A stretch of DNA of 64,000 nt from Alphaproteobacteria bacterium. Its GTDB lineage: Bacteria; Pseudomonadota; Alphaproteobacteria; GCA-2731375. The notes under the pieces are model-generated. The model saw nothing but the letters and a program-made list of their open reading frames with translations. It was not told the DNA's origin and did no database searches. Below are positions 49,480 to 59,141 of this stretch, piece after piece. How positions within the stretch are numbered: position 1 is the first letter of the stretch; every line of letters begins with the position of its first letter. A program made the position numbers and the translations under genes. The DNA lies in contig CBDDPY010000002.1 of NCBI GenBank assembly GCA_965232515.1, forward strand, positions 5,824,001-5,888,000, in the 5' to 3' direction.

Positions 49480-51705
49480 TCAGGCTGCGGCAAGTTCGAT
49501 GGTCGGCGCCGCGCCGGCGGCCTGCCGAACATGGCCGATGATCGCGCTCGCGGCGAAGCCGGCGTCATGCAGCGCCGCGAGACACGCCTCGGCCCGGTCG
49601 GCCGGCACGCCGGCCAGCAGGCCGCCGGCCGTCTGCGGATCGAACAACAGCGGATAGGCGGGGTGGCCGGCGGACACGCCACCCAAAGCCTCGGCGAAGG
49701 CTTCGTTCGCCGGTTGCAGCGAGCTGGCGATGCCGCCGGCCAGCAGTTCGACGGCGCCGGGTAGCGTCGGCAGCGCATCGAGCGTCAGTTGCGCCTGCAT
49801 ATCAGAAGCGCGCAGCATCTCGATCAGGTGGCCAAGCAGGCCGAAGCCGGTAACGTCGGTGCAGGCCGTGGCGCCGTGCGTCATGAGGTGTTCGGCCGCG
49901 ACACGGTTCGACAGCAGCATTGAGTCCAGCGCCGCGTCGACCCAATGGCTGCGCGCCTGCGCCCGCATGTCGGCGGCGAAGATCGTGCCCGTGCCGAGCG
50001 GTTTGGTCAGGATCAGGGCGTCGCCGTCCCGGAGCCCGCCCTTGCGCAGCAGCGCCTCCGACGACGCCAGCCCATTCACGGTCAGGCCAAAGACCATCTC
50101 CGCGCCTTCGCCGGTATGGCCGCCGATCAGCGCGCAGCCCGCGTCGTCGAGCGCCTCAACCGCGCCGGCCAGAAGCTGATGGAGGTCCTGCTCGACCTTC
50201 GCCTCGGGTCCGAAGGGCAGGGTGACGAGCGCCTGCGCCGTTTGCGGCGCCGCGCCCATGGCGTAGAGATCGCCCAGCGCATGGTTGGCGGTGATCCGCC
50301 CGAACAGGTAGGGGTCGTCCACGAAGGCGCGGAACTGGTCGACCGACTGCACCAGCAGCTTGCCGGCGGGCACCGCGATCACCGCGGCATCGTCTGGCGC
50401 GTCGAGGCCGATCGGCACGTCGCCACGCGTTTCGACCTGCAGCCGGTCGAGGACCCGCCGCAGAACCGGACTCGCCACCTTGGCGCCGCAACCGCCGCAA
50501 CGCATGCCGGTCGCCGCCGCGTCGCCGTCCGCATCGCCCGCGTCCATTTGCGGCAGTTCCTGGTACTTCAGCATCCAGCGCCGGTCGATCCAATCTTTCC
50601 AGCGCCAGACCCATCGTCCCTCCAGGGCGAGGTTCCCGTAGGAAGCGACAGCGTTCCGGTCGCCGCTCGAGATCAACGAGAGAAAACGCGGCTGCGGGCG
50701 ATAGGGGCGCAAGGCCTCGCCATTGGCGGCGCGCCGCAGATTGCGCGCCAGTACCGGGCCCTGGCGCACGGCATAGACGCCGGCCTTCGGCAGCGTGCGG
50801 CCCTCAATGGCGGCAACGTCGCCGGCCGCAAAGACGTCGGCATGCGAGACCGACTGCAAACTATCGTTGACCCGGATGAAGCCGGCGTCGTTCAGCGCCA
50901 CGCCGGTCTCGCCCAGCCATCCCGCCGCGCCAGCATGGGTCGCCAGGATCGCCGCGTCGAACGCGATTTCGGCGCCGCTTTCGCAGCGCAGGCGATCCAC
51001 CTCGAAGGCGACGACGTTTTCGCCGGTCCGCAGTTCGACGCCGCGGCTCTGCATGAAGCCCCGCATGGTCCGGCGCACGGCCGGGCTGTGGTTCGGCAGC
51101 GGCTCGGCCGCGTTGCTGACCACGGTCACCGACAGGCCGGCCGCATCGATACCGTTCTCGTCCAGCAGCTGCGCCAATCGGTGCCGCAGCGACAGGCTCA
51201 ATTCGACCCCGCCGGCGCCGCCGCCGACCACGACCAGGCGGAAGCGGCCGGCTTTCGCCAACACCGCCCGTTCGATCTCCGCCCGCCGTTCCAGGAACAG
51301 ATCGACCGGCTTCACCGGAATGGCGTGTTCGTCGGCGCCGGCGATGGCGGACCGGTTCGGCGTCGAGCCGATGTCGATCGACAGCGTGTCGAAGCCGACC
51401 GGCGGCCGGCCGTCGCAATGCACGAGGCGCTGGTTGAAATCGATACCGCTGGCGCTGGTGTGGTAGAGCCGGGCGCCGGCGAAGCGGGCGAGCGGCTGCA
51501 GGTCGATATGGCTCTCGTCGCGGGTGTAATGGCCGGCGATCAGGCCCGGCAGCATGCCGGAATAGGGCGTGTGCACGTCGCGCGTGATCAGCGTCAGGCG
51601 CAGGCCGGGTTGCGGCCGCATGCCCAAGGACTTCAGCACATCGACATGGCTGTGGCCGCCGCCCACCAGAACCAGATCGTGCGTGACCGGCTCGTTCTGC
51701 TTCAC
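49480..51705 (-). CDS. selD: Selenide, water dikinase with N-terminal FAD-dependent oxidoreductase domain
   Basis: N-terminal LVGGGHSH, YSGMLPG, GGGAGGVE; C-terminal MRCGGCGAKV, DLYAMG, GGHT, TKPLGTG, TDVTGFGLLGH, DPQTAGGLL. Confidence 0.93.
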   Translation of the reverse strand: MKQNEPVTHDLVLVGGGHSHVDVLKSLGMRPQPGLRLTLITRDVHTPYSGMLPGLIAGHYTRDESHIDLQPLARFAGARLYHTSASGIDFNQRLVHCDGRPPVGFDTLSIDIGSTPNRSAIAGADEHAIPVKPVDLFLERRAEIERAVLAKAGRFRLVVVGGGAGGVELSLSLRHRLAQLLDENGIDAAGLSVTVVSNAAEPLPNHSPAVRRTMRGFMQSRGVELRTGENVVAFEVDRLRCESGAEIAFDAAILATHAGAAGWLGETGVALNDAGFIRVNDSLQSVSHADVFAAGDVAAIEGRTLPKAGVYAVRQGPVLARNLRRAANGEALRPYRPQPRFLSLISSGDRNAVASYGNLALEGRWVWRWKDWIDRRWMLKYQELPQMDAGDADGDAAATGMRCGGCGAKVASPVLRRVLDRLQVETRGDVPIGLDAPDDAAVIAVPAGKLLVQSVDQFRAFVDDPYLFGRITANHALGDLYAMGAAPQTAQALVTLPFGPEAKVEQDLHQLLAGAVEALDDAGCALIGGHTGEGAEMVFGLTVNGLASSEALLRKGGLRDGDALILTKPLGTGTIFAADMRAQARSHWVDAALDSMLLSNRVAAEHLMTHGATACTDVTGFGLLGHLIEMLRASDMQAQLTLDALPTLPGAVELLAGGIASSLQPANEAFAEALGGVSAGHPAYPLLFDPQTAGGLLAGVPADRAEACLAALHDAGFAASAIIGHVRQAAGAAPTIELAAA

Positions 51706-51707
51706 TC

Positions 51708-51744
51708 TTCGTTCCTCCCGGCGTCCCCCGCGCCGGGAGACGAA
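51708..51744 (-). promoter_or_regulatory. Hairpin occluding the selD Shine-Dalgarno sequence
   Basis: mRNA UUCGU-CUCCCGGCG-(CGGGGGA)-CGCCGGGAG-GA-ACGAA: 14 bp with a 2-nt bulge, GGGAGGA in the 3' arm. Confidence 0.6.
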
Positions 51745-51745
51745 A

Positions 51746-52294
51746 TCAACTCTGTTGCCAGACCCGTTTGACTTGCGACAACGCTTCTGAAACCCGACCG
51801 TCAATCTCTTCCGACGTCAGCGTGCTCAGCGGATGGGCGATCACCACCGGCGCCAGCCCGTTCATGCCCAGCGCCGCCCGCTGCACCTCGGCCTCGCGCA
51901 CGAACTCCGTCGTGACGATCACCGCTGTCGGCAGACCCCGGGTCTCCAGGCTCACGGCGTCATGCATACAGCACGACGTGCAGGAGCCTCAGTCGCCGAT
52001 GGCGGTCAGCACCACGTCATTGTCGGCGACGATCTCGTCGATCAGCGCCGGCGCCGCGTTTTTCGAGAAGCTCTCCTTGCAGTAATGGTTGACTTCAGCG
52101 AAACGGATCTCGTCCGACAATTGCCCGCTCACCCGGCGCAGCAGCTTGCCGGCGTTCCACTTGCTGTTGTCGAGCACCGCGAGCCGCCGTCCGTCGAGGC
52201 CGGCGACGCGCTTGGCGAGCGGCGTTGCTTCGGCCTCCACGACGCCGCGCGGGTCGTAGACGAGGACGCCCCGACCGGTGTCCTGCGATGTCAT
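51746..52294 (-). CDS. UGSC-family thioredoxin-like selenoprotein (Sec at UGA 51989-51991)
   Basis: ORFs 51989..52411 and 51746..51967 are one frame joined through TGA: LTAIGD-U-GSCTSCCMHD; LDNSKWNA motif; hairpin after UGA. Confidence 0.88.
51949..51988 (-). promoter_or_regulatory. Putative bacterial SECIS element
   Basis: Upper stem CGUCGUGC-UGUAU-GCAUGACG starting 10 nt after UGA; lower stem GGCUC/GAGCC. Confidence 0.75.
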
Positions 52295-52317
52295 GTGCGT
52301 TTCCTCCACCATGTTTT

Positions 52318-53448
52318 CTAGAGGTAGCAGGTGCCGTCGACGCAGACGGGACCGCTTTGCGGCGCCGCGCCGTCGATGCCGCGCAGCACCGGGCTGGTCA
52401 TGTGGCCCCAACCGGGAATGAAGGCCGAGAACCGGCCGGCCTCACCGCCGGCCACGAACAAATGAATGTGATCGGAGTCCGGCACGATGGGAATGCGGGA
52501 ATCGAGATCGCGGCGGTACCAGCGCGGCAGATTGCGGTTATAGACCTTGCCGTAGCGGTGGTCGAAGGCGATGTCGCCGAACCGGTTCCAGGCGTTCGAC
52601 CAGAGATAGGAGCGGATGTCGTGACGCGTCCAGCCGTCGCCGGCGATGGTCGCCGCATGCTCCAGGCCCAGCACGACCGCACAGTGGCCGCTGCTGACGG
52701 CGTTGTTGTGGGCGAAGGTCGCCATGGCCGAGACGATGCTGTCGAGCACGCCGCGGGCATCGTTGGCGACATGGTTGGTGACGCTGTGCGGGCCCTCGGC
52801 CGCGATCACGAACACGGACGAGTCTTCCGGCCCGAAGCCCTTCTCGACGTGATAAGGCGCGAACGGGCTCGCCTCCTCGTTCTCGGCGATGCAGTAGGTG
52901 TATTTGCCGGGATGGCCGAGCGCGCTCTTGTCCAGGTCATCCGGCCAGGCGCCGCCCACATTCAGCAGCACCAGGCGGATGGCCCGGCCGATGGTGGCGT
53001 TCGCCCGGTTGCCCGAGCCGAAGACGTTGCAGCCGGCATTCATGCCGATGCGGGCGCGGATCGGCCCGTTGACTACCAGCAGCGGCGCGGCCATGTGGGT
53101 CGTCGCCTGCACGCCATTCAGGTTGAAGGCCGTGGTGCAGAGCGCCAGCATGGCCGCCCGTACGACCGGCGCGTAGTACGGCTTGCAGCCGGCCATGACC
53201 ATGTTGATGGCCAGCACCTGCCGGCTCAGGCTGCCCCAGCGCGGCGGCACCCGGCATTCGACCAGATCCGGCTCGCCGCCCAGCGCGTCGACCATGGCGG
53301 CGACGCTTTCGGGCGTCGGCGGCACCACGGGCAGGCCGTCGGTCAGGCCCTGTTCGAAATACCATTCGACCGCATCGGCGCCGTCGGGCAGCACCATGGT
53401 GCCGTCGTTCTGGCCGGCGAAGGCGTCGACGGTGGCTGCTTCGGTCAT
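52318..53448 (-). CDS. Uncharacterised protein co-transcribed with the UGSC selenoprotein
   Basis: GLTDGLPVVPPT, NMVMAGC, NRANATIGRA, ENEEASP; C-terminal CVDGTC. Confidence 0.82.
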   Translation of the reverse strand: MTEAATVDAFAGQNDGTMVLPDGADAVEWYFEQGLTDGLPVVPPTPESVAAMVDALGGEPDLVECRVPPRWGSLSRQVLAINMVMAGCKPYYAPVVRAAMLALCTTAFNLNGVQATTHMAAPLLVVNGPIRARIGMNAGCNVFGSGNRANATIGRAIRLVLLNVGGAWPDDLDKSALGHPGKYTYCIAENEEASPFAPYHVEKGFGPEDSSVFVIAAEGPHSVTNHVANDARGVLDSIVSAMATFAHNNAVSSGHCAVVLGLEHAATIAGDGWTRHDIRSYLWSNAWNRFGDIAFDHRYGKVYNRNLPRWYRRDLDSRIPIVPDSDHIHLFVAGGEAGRFSAFIPGWGHMTSPVLRGIDGAAPQSGPVCVDGTCYL

Positions 53449-53475
53449 CTCAGGCGGTCCCGGACGGCGAAAAAC

Positions 53476-53571
53476 TGGCGGAAGAGAGTGGGAGTTGAAC
53501 CCACCAGGCACGTCTAACGCCCCTCACCGGATTTGAAGTCCGGGCGCCCCACCGGGGTGCGATTCCCTTCC
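53476..53571 (-). tRNA. selC: tRNA-Sec (anticodon UCA)
   Basis: 96 nt; 8-bp acceptor GGAAGGGA/TCTCTTCC, anticodon arm CCGGA-CTTCAAA-TCCGG, long variable arm, T arm GTGGG-TTCAACT-CCCAC, terminal GCCA. Confidence 0.96.
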
Positions 53572-53657
53572 GATGGCCGAAATCCTAGGCCCGCCAGCAA
53601 GCCGGGATCAAGCGTTGGGCGCACCGACGGCCTTGTCGGTGTCACGAGAAGCGTCGG

Positions 53658-55058
53658 TTATCGCGGTAACGACAGGCGCACCGACAGTCCGCCGTTGGGT
53701 TGGTTTTGCGGACGTATCGTGCCGCCATGCGCATGGATGATGGCCTGCGCGATGCTGAGACCCAGCCCGACGCCGCCCTTGCCCGGCGTTCGGGCGCGTT
53801 CGACCCGATAAAACGGCATAAATATCTGATCGAGCTCCTGCTGCGGAATGCCGGGCCCGTCGTCGTCGATAACGATCTCGACCATATCGGGCCGGTCCTC
53901 AATCCGCACACGCGCGACGTTGCCGTATTTGACCGCATTGTCGATCACGTTGGTCAAGGCCCGCTTCAGCGCGGTCCGGCGACAGTCGATAAGAATCCGA
54001 TCGGGCGGGTCGAATTCGATTCTGGCGCCGGCATCCGCCATGTCGTCGCAGATGCTCGCCACCAGAGCGGAGAGGTCGACATGGCGCTGGGGTTCGTCGT
54101 GAAACGTCACTTTCGCGAATTCGAGCGAGGAAGCGATCATCGCCTCCATTTCATCGAGTGTATCCAGGACTTTCGTGCGCTCGATGCCATCGGCCATCAG
54201 CTCGGCGCGCAGGCGCAGCAGCGTTACCGGCGTGCGCAAGTCGTGCGAAATGGCGGCAAGCATCTGGGTCCGGTTCTCGACCAGACGCTTCAATCTCTCC
54301 TGCATCTCATTGAACGCGTGCGATGCCTGGACCACTTCAGTGGGGCCGGCTTCAGGCAGGGGCTCGGCGCTGATGTTCTTGCCGAGACGGTCCGCGGCCA
54401 GTGCGAAGGCGGAGAGCGGCGCGGTCACCCGCGCGACCAGCCACATCGTCAGGACGCCGAACACGAGCGCGACGGAGAAGATGTAGGCGCCGGCGATGCC
54501 CGGCCAGAGATCCTCCGGTCTTGGAATTGCGCCCGCGAAATTGAGCCACTGGCCGTCTTCAAGCCGCGTCGAGACGTAAAGGTAGTCGTAGGTTTTCCCG
54601 CTGCTCGACAGCGAGGCCGTCGCGGTCCGGCTTGGATCCCTTGTATTTTCGGACATCGCTTTCGGCGGGTCGGGCAGCGCCTCCTCAAAACCCACGAGAA
54701 GTCTGTCCCCCGGCCATTCGGCGAGCTGCGCTTGCAGAAATCGGGTCACTTCGACAGTCAGATCGTTGTTCTGACCAACGCCGACCGTCGTCGCGTCGGC
54801 GCTCAGCGAAACGCTGAAACTCCGGCTATCCGAACCGCGGACGACATCCTCGCGCCACTCCTGCGGCAGTCGGTTCAACAGGATGACCACGCCGACAATC
54901 CGTTCGGCAACGTCGACCGCTTCGGTGGTCATGACCACCTCCTTCCGGTCGAACGAATAGATCGCGAGTCCCAGAAAATGCGATACGACCAGCCCAAGGC
55001 CCATCACGATAAGCGTCTGCGCGCTGATGCTTTTCGGCAGCGAGAGGTTTATTCGCAT
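53658..55058 (-). CDS. Membrane sensor histidine kinase (EnvZ/CpxA-like)
   Basis: Two TM segments, HAMP, ISHDLRTP, NAVKYG, DDGPGI, GLGLSI. Confidence 0.94.
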   Translation of the reverse strand: MRINLSLPKSISAQTLIVMGLGLVVSHFLGLAIYSFDRKEVVMTTEAVDVAERIVGVVILLNRLPQEWREDVVRGSDSRSFSVSLSADATTVGVGQNNDLTVEVTRFLQAQLAEWPGDRLLVGFEEALPDPPKAMSENTRDPSRTATASLSSSGKTYDYLYVSTRLEDGQWLNFAGAIPRPEDLWPGIAGAYIFSVALVFGVLTMWLVARVTAPLSAFALAADRLGKNISAEPLPEAGPTEVVQASHAFNEMQERLKRLVENRTQMLAAISHDLRTPVTLLRLRAELMADGIERTKVLDTLDEMEAMIASSLEFAKVTFHDEPQRHVDLSALVASICDDMADAGARIEFDPPDRILIDCRRTALKRALTNVIDNAVKYGNVARVRIEDRPDMVEIVIDDDGPGIPQQELDQIFMPFYRVERARTPGKGGVGLGLSIAQAIIHAHGGTIRPQNQPNGGLSVRLSLPR

Positions 55059-55771
55059 GTGACGCTGGGCGTGAAAATGTACCCGCCGCCCCGCACGGTC
55101 TTGACCACCTTCGGTTTCTTTGCGTCGTCGCCGATCTTTCGCCGCAACCGGCTGACCTGCAGGTCAATGCTCCGATCGAACGGCGTCGCCGAGCGCCCCT
55201 TCGCCAGGTCAAGCAGCTGGTCGCGGGTGAGGACGCGCTGGGGGTGCTGCAGGAAGGCCAGGAGAAGATTGTACTCGCTGCCGCTGAGCGACACGACGAC
55301 ATCGGCGTCCGATTCAAGGTCGCGGGTGCCGGTGTCCAGCGTCCATTGGCCAAAACGGTAGACCGGCACGGACGGGCCCTCCGGCTTCGGCGGCAGGGCG
55401 CGTGTTCGCCGCAGGACTGCCTTGATGCGCGCGATCAGTTCCCGCCCGCTGAACGGTTTGGCGACGTAGTCGTCGGCGCCCATTTCCAGCCCGAGGATGC
55501 GGTCCACATCATCCCCCTTGGCCGTGAGCATGATGATCGGGACGGATGAGGAAGCGGCCCGCAGATCACGGCAAAGGGTGAGGCCGTCCTCTCCGGGCAG
55601 CATCAAGTCGAGGACGATCAGATCGATACGTCGATCGTCCAATGCACGGCGCATTTCCTTTCCGTCAGACGCCGTACTGACTCGGTAGCCGTCCTTCTCG
55701 AGTAATCGCCCGACCAGTGTGCGCATCTCCTGGTGGTCGTCGACGACCAGGATGTGTGGCGGGTTCTCCAT
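55049..55771 (-). CDS. OmpR-family response regulator
   Basis: ILVVDDH, LDLMLPGEDG, GADDYVAKPF, RSIDLQVSRLR, TVRGGGY. Confidence 0.95.
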   Translation of the reverse strand: MENPPHILVVDDHQEMRTLVGRLLEKDGYRVSTASDGKEMRRALDDRRIDLIVLDLMLPGEDGLTLCRDLRAASSSVPIIMLTAKGDDVDRILGLEMGADDYVAKPFSGRELIARIKAVLRRTRALPPKPEGPSVPVYRFGQWTLDTGTRDLESDADVVVSLSGSEYNLLLAFLQHPQRVLTRDQLLDLAKGRSATPFDRSIDLQVSRLRRKIGDDAKKPKVVKTVRGGGYIFTPSVTCE

Positions 55772-55816
55772 GCGGGCGAATATACGGTCGGCGGATCCGA
55801 ACCAGACAAGAAAATG

Positions 55817-55859
55817 GTAACGAATTGTAGCAGGCAGCGGGACCGATACGGTTCGATAC
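55817..55859. promoter_or_regulatory. Two OmpR/CpxR-like direct-repeat boxes in the divergent promoter
   Basis: GTAAC-N5-GTAGC (55817-55831, +) and GTATC-N5-GTATC (55845-55859, -). Confidence 0.45.
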
Positions 55860-55970
55860 AAAAACGGGGGCTGCCGGACAAACTCTCGGAACAACGGGCT
55901 GATCAAATGCGCCTCCAACGCAGTCGGCAGGTTCTTGCGGCCTGCACAACGCATTCATGGAGGTATGAAC

Positions 55971-56594
55971 ATGCCGTTCCCCGTCGGCAAATGTGCTTTG
56001 ACGACCTGTTCGCTTGTCGCTGTTTTTCTGATGGCGGCGGGGCATCCAACCGTCGCCGGGTCGCCCTTTCACGGCGTCTATGCCGGCATCCAGGGCAGCT
56101 ACGAAACCTACGACCTTGACGTCCGCTCCAGCAATCTGAACGCCGACGATCTCGAGCTCTCGGGTCTGAGCGGCGGGTTCTACGCCGGGGCGAACACGGC
56201 CCTTCCGGGGCTTGACCGAGCGATCGTCGGGCTGGAAGGCAGCTTCGCGTTCAACGATGGTGATGGACGCCTGAGCGGTGGCGGGGACAGGCTCTCCATC
56301 GCTTCCCGCAATACATACGACATCTCCGGACGTGCCGGCTACGAGATCAAGGACAGTGTCCTGCTCTACGGCCGTGTCGGCTGGGCACGGACCAGTTTTT
56401 CCGGCCTCGAGCCGACCGGACGGTCCAGGCTCGACGGTATTCGCTTCGGCGGCGGTGCGGAATACGCGATCACCGACAACATGGCGCTGCGGACCGAGTT
56501 CACGCGTACCGACTACGAACGCAAGCGCTCGGGCGATCGCCGATTCGATACCGGGCAGAACCGCCTGACGCTTGGGGTCGGATACCGCTTCTGA
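55971..56594 (+). CDS. Outer-membrane beta-barrel protein (Omp25/Omp31-like)
   Basis: Signal peptide, FHGVYAG, GRAGY, GGGAEYA, C-terminal GVGYRF. Confidence 0.85.
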   Translation: MPFPVGKCALTTCSLVAVFLMAAGHPTVAGSPFHGVYAGIQGSYETYDLDVRSSNLNADDLELSGLSGGFYAGANTALPGLDRAIVGLEGSFAFNDGDGRLSGGGDRLSIASRNTYDISGRAGYEIKDSVLLYGRVGWARTSFSGLEPTGRSRLDGIRFGGGAEYAITDNMALRTEFTRTDYERKRSGDRRFDTGQNRLTLGVGYRF

Positions 56595-56679
56595 CGGGGC
56601 GCGATCCGGGACAGGCGCAAGCCGTTCTTCCGACGAATACCCGATGTCTCCAGTCGCAACTTTGAGGTGAGATCACGCG

Positions 56680-57087
56680 ATGACGACGACGACACGAAGC
56701 CTGCAAAAAGCCTATCCACCCGACTTCACGCACCTGATTGCCGAGGTCGCCGAGACCGCGATGAAGGCGATCGTCGAACCAAATCCCACCCGGCACATCC
56801 AGGAAGCGGCGGTGAGCGGCGCTCTCTCGCTCAAACGGTTGCGTTGCGACCTGACGCCCGAGCGCCGACGCGATCCCGCACTGGCGGCCGCGTTTCGGCG
56901 TGACGTCGTTCGTAACCGTCTCGTCCGCGACCTGGCCACGCTATTGGTCGGTGCCTATGAACGGCTCAAGCGAGTGGAGAGTTCAGCCAAGCAGAACGCA
57001 ATGAGCACGGCGTTTGTGAGCACGATGTTCTTGGAGGCGATCTCCGAAATCTCCAAGCAGGACGGCAAGCAGAAGCCGGAGCCGTGA
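56680..57087 (+). CDS. Hypothetical protein
   Basis: 135-aa ORF with GAGGTG upstream; no recognised motif. Confidence 0.5.
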   Translation: MTTTTRSLQKAYPPDFTHLIAEVAETAMKAIVEPNPTRHIQEAAVSGALSLKRLRCDLTPERRRDPALAAAFRRDVVRNRLVRDLATLLVGAYERLKRVESSAKQNAMSTAFVSTMFLEAISEISKQDGKQKPEP

Positions 57088-57196
57088 TACGCCGTCGCCT
57101 GTCCGCCAGGAGTGCGGGCGCCGTATGCCCTTGATAAAGGAACGACGGCGGGCCGATTGCGTCGGACGCCACCTTGGCGCGCCGGGTGCCGCGAGA

Positions 57197-59128
57197 TCAC
57201 GCGTCCTGTGTGCCGAAGGCCTCGTCGGCGGTCTGCAGGATTCGCCGCCGCTCGCCGATGCGGCGCGTGACGTGGGCGGCATCGAGGAATTCCAGCACTT
57301 CGATCGTGAGGTTTCGGCCGATGCCGGACCGGTCCCGGTATTCGGCCGCGCTGAACAGGCCGTCGGCGGCTTGTGCCGCTGTTTCCTCGGCGATTTCGGC
57401 CAGCCGATGCACGGCGGCGGGCGGAAAATAGCGGTTCGGCGCCACGCGCAGCAGGTGGCCGAGACGGACCGCCCGGCCGAGAAAGCCTTCGGTTGCCTCG
57501 ACCGCCAGACCCAGATCGGCGGCCAGCTCGCGCACCCGCGGCGGCCGGATGCCGCCCTCCGCGATCAGCGGCTCGACCCGTCGCCAGAGCGCCGCGTCTT
57601 CCGGAGTCATTTCGGCGCGGTGATCGGGCAGGCGCAGGCTCAACCCGTCCCGCCGCAGCGCGCCGTCCTGCAACAGCCGGACGACGGCGGCCGCCATCAG
57701 GGGGTTGGGGATGGGATGGCTCAGCGCCCGCCGCAGGGTCGCTTCCTCGGGTCCCAGGCTGTCAGGGTGCCGGGCGTGCCAGCGTTCGAGGGTGTCCAAC
57801 ACATCGTCGCGCAAGGCCTGCCAGCGCGCCGCCGACAGGCCCACTGTCCGTTCGGCGACGGCAATCCGTACCAGATCGTGGCCGCGCCACAACGCGTCGG
57901 CGGCCGCGGGCGTCAGATTCCAGGCCGTGGCGAAGTTATCGAGATCGACCAGTCCGCTGCCCTGGTCCAAGAGCAATGCCAACGCCTCGGCCGGCGTCGG
58001 CGCCGCCATCGCCTCGAGCTGCGCCAGCCGGGCCGGCCGGGCCCGGCCGCGCGGCGGGGGAAACGGGTCCAGCACCATGCCGCCGGCGATCGTCCGGCGC
58101 GCCGACTGATCGCGCAGGATGAACCGGTCGCCGTGCAGCGCGCCGATCGGCTGGTCGAGCACGAGCTGCACCAGGCCCGTCTCGCCGGGCGCGATTTGCC
58201 GGGGGCCGAGGATCGCCACGCGGCCGGTAACGTCGTTCGCCGCGGCATGCACGTGCACCGGCGTCCAGTGGGTCAGTGGGCTGGGTTCGTCCACCAATAC
58301 CGTCAACCGGGCGTCGAACCGACGCGCCGGCGCATGCGCTTCGGGTGCGACGATCCAGTCGCCGCGTTTCACCTCGATACGCCGCAGGTCCGGACCGGTG
58401 ATGTTCAAGGCGCAACGCTGACCGGCGGTGCCCATATCGGCCTCCCGGTCGAGCGCGCGAAGGCCGCGGACGCGGACCGACACGCCCTGCGGCGACAGCA
58501 GCAATTGGTCGCCGATCGAGACGCGGCCGGCCATGACCGCGCCCGTGACGACAAGTCCGGCGCCCGTCACCGTGAAGCTGCGGTCGATGGCCAGCCGGAA
58601 GTTGCCTTCGCCGTCACGGTCGCGGTTGACCTTGGACGCGGCGAGGAGCGCGTCGCGCAGCTCCTCGACGCCGGCGCCCGTCAATCCCGATACGGGATAG
58701 ATCTCGGCATCCGCGAGCGCCGTGCCGGCCACGACGTTTCGCACCGCCGCCTTGACCTCATCGACGCGCGCGTCGTCCACCCGGTCGATCTTGCTGATCG
58801 CCACCGCGCCGCGGGGCACGCCCAGAAGCTCGAGAATGGCCAGATGCTCGCGCGTCTGCGGCATCGGGCCGTCGTCGGCGGCGACCACCAGCAGCGCGAA
58901 GTCGATGGCGGCGACGCCGGCGGCCATGTTGCGCACGAAGCGCTCGTGCCCCGGCACATCGACGAAGCCCAACACCTCGCCGCCGCCGAGGTCGTGGTAG
59001 GCGAAGCCGAGATCGATGGACAAGCCGCGCTGTTTCTCCTCCGGCAGGCGGTCGGTGTCGACGCCGGTCAGCGCCTTGATCAGCGCGGTCTTGCCATGGT
59101 CAACATGGCCGGCGGTGGCGACGAGCAT
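57197..59128 (-). CDS. selB: Selenocysteine-specific elongation factor SelB
   Basis: [35 protein letters not shown]-terminal winged-helix [15 protein letters not shown]. Confidence 0.97.
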   Translation of the reverse strand: MLVATAGHVDHGKTALIKALTGVDTDRLPEEKQRGLSIDLGFAYHDLGGGEVLGFVDVPGHERFVRNMAAGVAAIDFALLVVAADDGPMPQTREHLAILELLGVPRGAVAISKIDRVDDARVDEVKAAVRNVVAGTALADAEIYPVSGLTGAGVEELRDALLAASKVNRDRDGEGNFRLAIDRSFTVTGAGLVVTGAVMAGRVSIGDQLLLSPQGVSVRVRGLRALDREADMGTAGQRCALNITGPDLRRIEVKRGDWIVAPEAHAPARRFDARLTVLVDEPSPLTHWTPVHVHAAANDVTGRVAILGPRQIAPGETGLVQLVLDQPIGALHGDRFILRDQSARRTIAGGMVLDPFPPPRGRARPARLAQLEAMAAPTPAEALALLLDQGSGLVDLDNFATAWNLTPAAADALWRGHDLVRIAVAERTVGLSAARWQALRDDVLDTLERWHARHPDSLGPEEATLRRALSHPIPNPLMAAAVVRLLQDGALRRDGLSLRLPDHRAEMTPEDAALWRRVEPLIAEGGIRPPRVRELAADLGLAVEATEGFLGRAVRLGHLLRVAPNRYFPPAAVHRLAEIAEETAAQAADGLFSAAEYRDRSGIGRNLTIEVLEFLDAAHVTRRIGERRRILQTADEAFGTQDA

Positions 59129-59141
59129 CGTCCGCCGTCGC

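Noticed and set aside
48337-49482. selD stop TGA is directly followed in frame by ATG leading into the epoxide hydrolase-like gene, suggesting Sec read-through fusion
   Set aside because: No Cys-like context or GU-loop hairpin at the expected spacing; the intervening bases form a normal RBS (GGGAGG) for ATG 49461
53476-53500. selC 3' end as an island integration site
   Set aside because: No duplicated tRNA 3' end and no integrase noticed in the window
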